NCBI RefSeq assembly: GCF_000143415.4
Contig: NW_003314341.1
Span: forward strand, 646,394 to 710,393
DNA: 64,000 nt
Reading direction: 5' to 3'
From: Selaginella moellendorffii
Lineage: Eukaryota > Plantae > Lycopodiophyta
A model generated the notes under the pieces. It had not been told where the DNA came from and searched no databases. It saw only the letters and a program-made list of their open reading frames with translations. A program made the translations under genes and the position numbers. Below are positions 63,850 through 64,000 of this stretch, in pieces. Every line of letters begins with the position of its first letter. Position 1 is the stretch's first letter.

Positions 63850-64000
63850 GATGAGAATATCCATAAAAGATTTTAATATTCTTAGCGCGTGCTTCCATTT
63901 TTTCCGGGTTTGAGGAGCTGGCGATGACGTATGGAAGTCCCGAGCTGGACGCCTGCGAAGGTGGACAGGCCGGCGGGGAGGAGCTCCGCTGGCGGAGAAG

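Noticed and set aside
63924-64000. Possible gene start MTYGSPELD at the window edge
   Set aside because: Too short to support

Overview
Eukaryotic land-plant nuclear DNA. The ~50-60 nt introns, PLS/DYW-type PPR remnants, germins, GH3, MSH7 and an Sfi1-like centriolar protein suggest a compact lycophyte genome such as Selaginella (inference). The left ~42 kb is transposon-rich. It holds two copies (young A, old A') of a short-LTR Ty3/gypsy family with a tRNA-Ala PBS, 4-bp TSDs and a G_GGA_AAC -1 frameshift signal, plus two copies of a ~1.4-1.5 kb LTR (family B). A clean ~27.9 kb inversion (breakpoints 2280-2282 and 30204-30206) splits both gypsy A and one B LTR. The most unusual element is an 11.85 kb TIR DNA transposon (12207-24060, TSD AGCT). 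It encodes a Sola1-like DDD transposase and a divergently transcribed multi-exon accessory gene ending in an FCP1/HAD phosphatase-like domain, and it carries at least 15 copies of a 22-bp palindrome, three of them inside consecutive tiny introns. A germin gene is interrupted by a 431-bp MITE that could be spliced out in frame. The right ~22 kb is gene-dense: SAG18/ceramidase-like gene, MSH7 pseudogene (containing tRNA-Cys and a 146-bp micro-inversion), LPA1-like, Sfi1-like, CCT5, HAKAI, EMSY-like, GH3 and a Crinkler-like P-loop gene. All family assignments come from visual motif recognition, not database searches.
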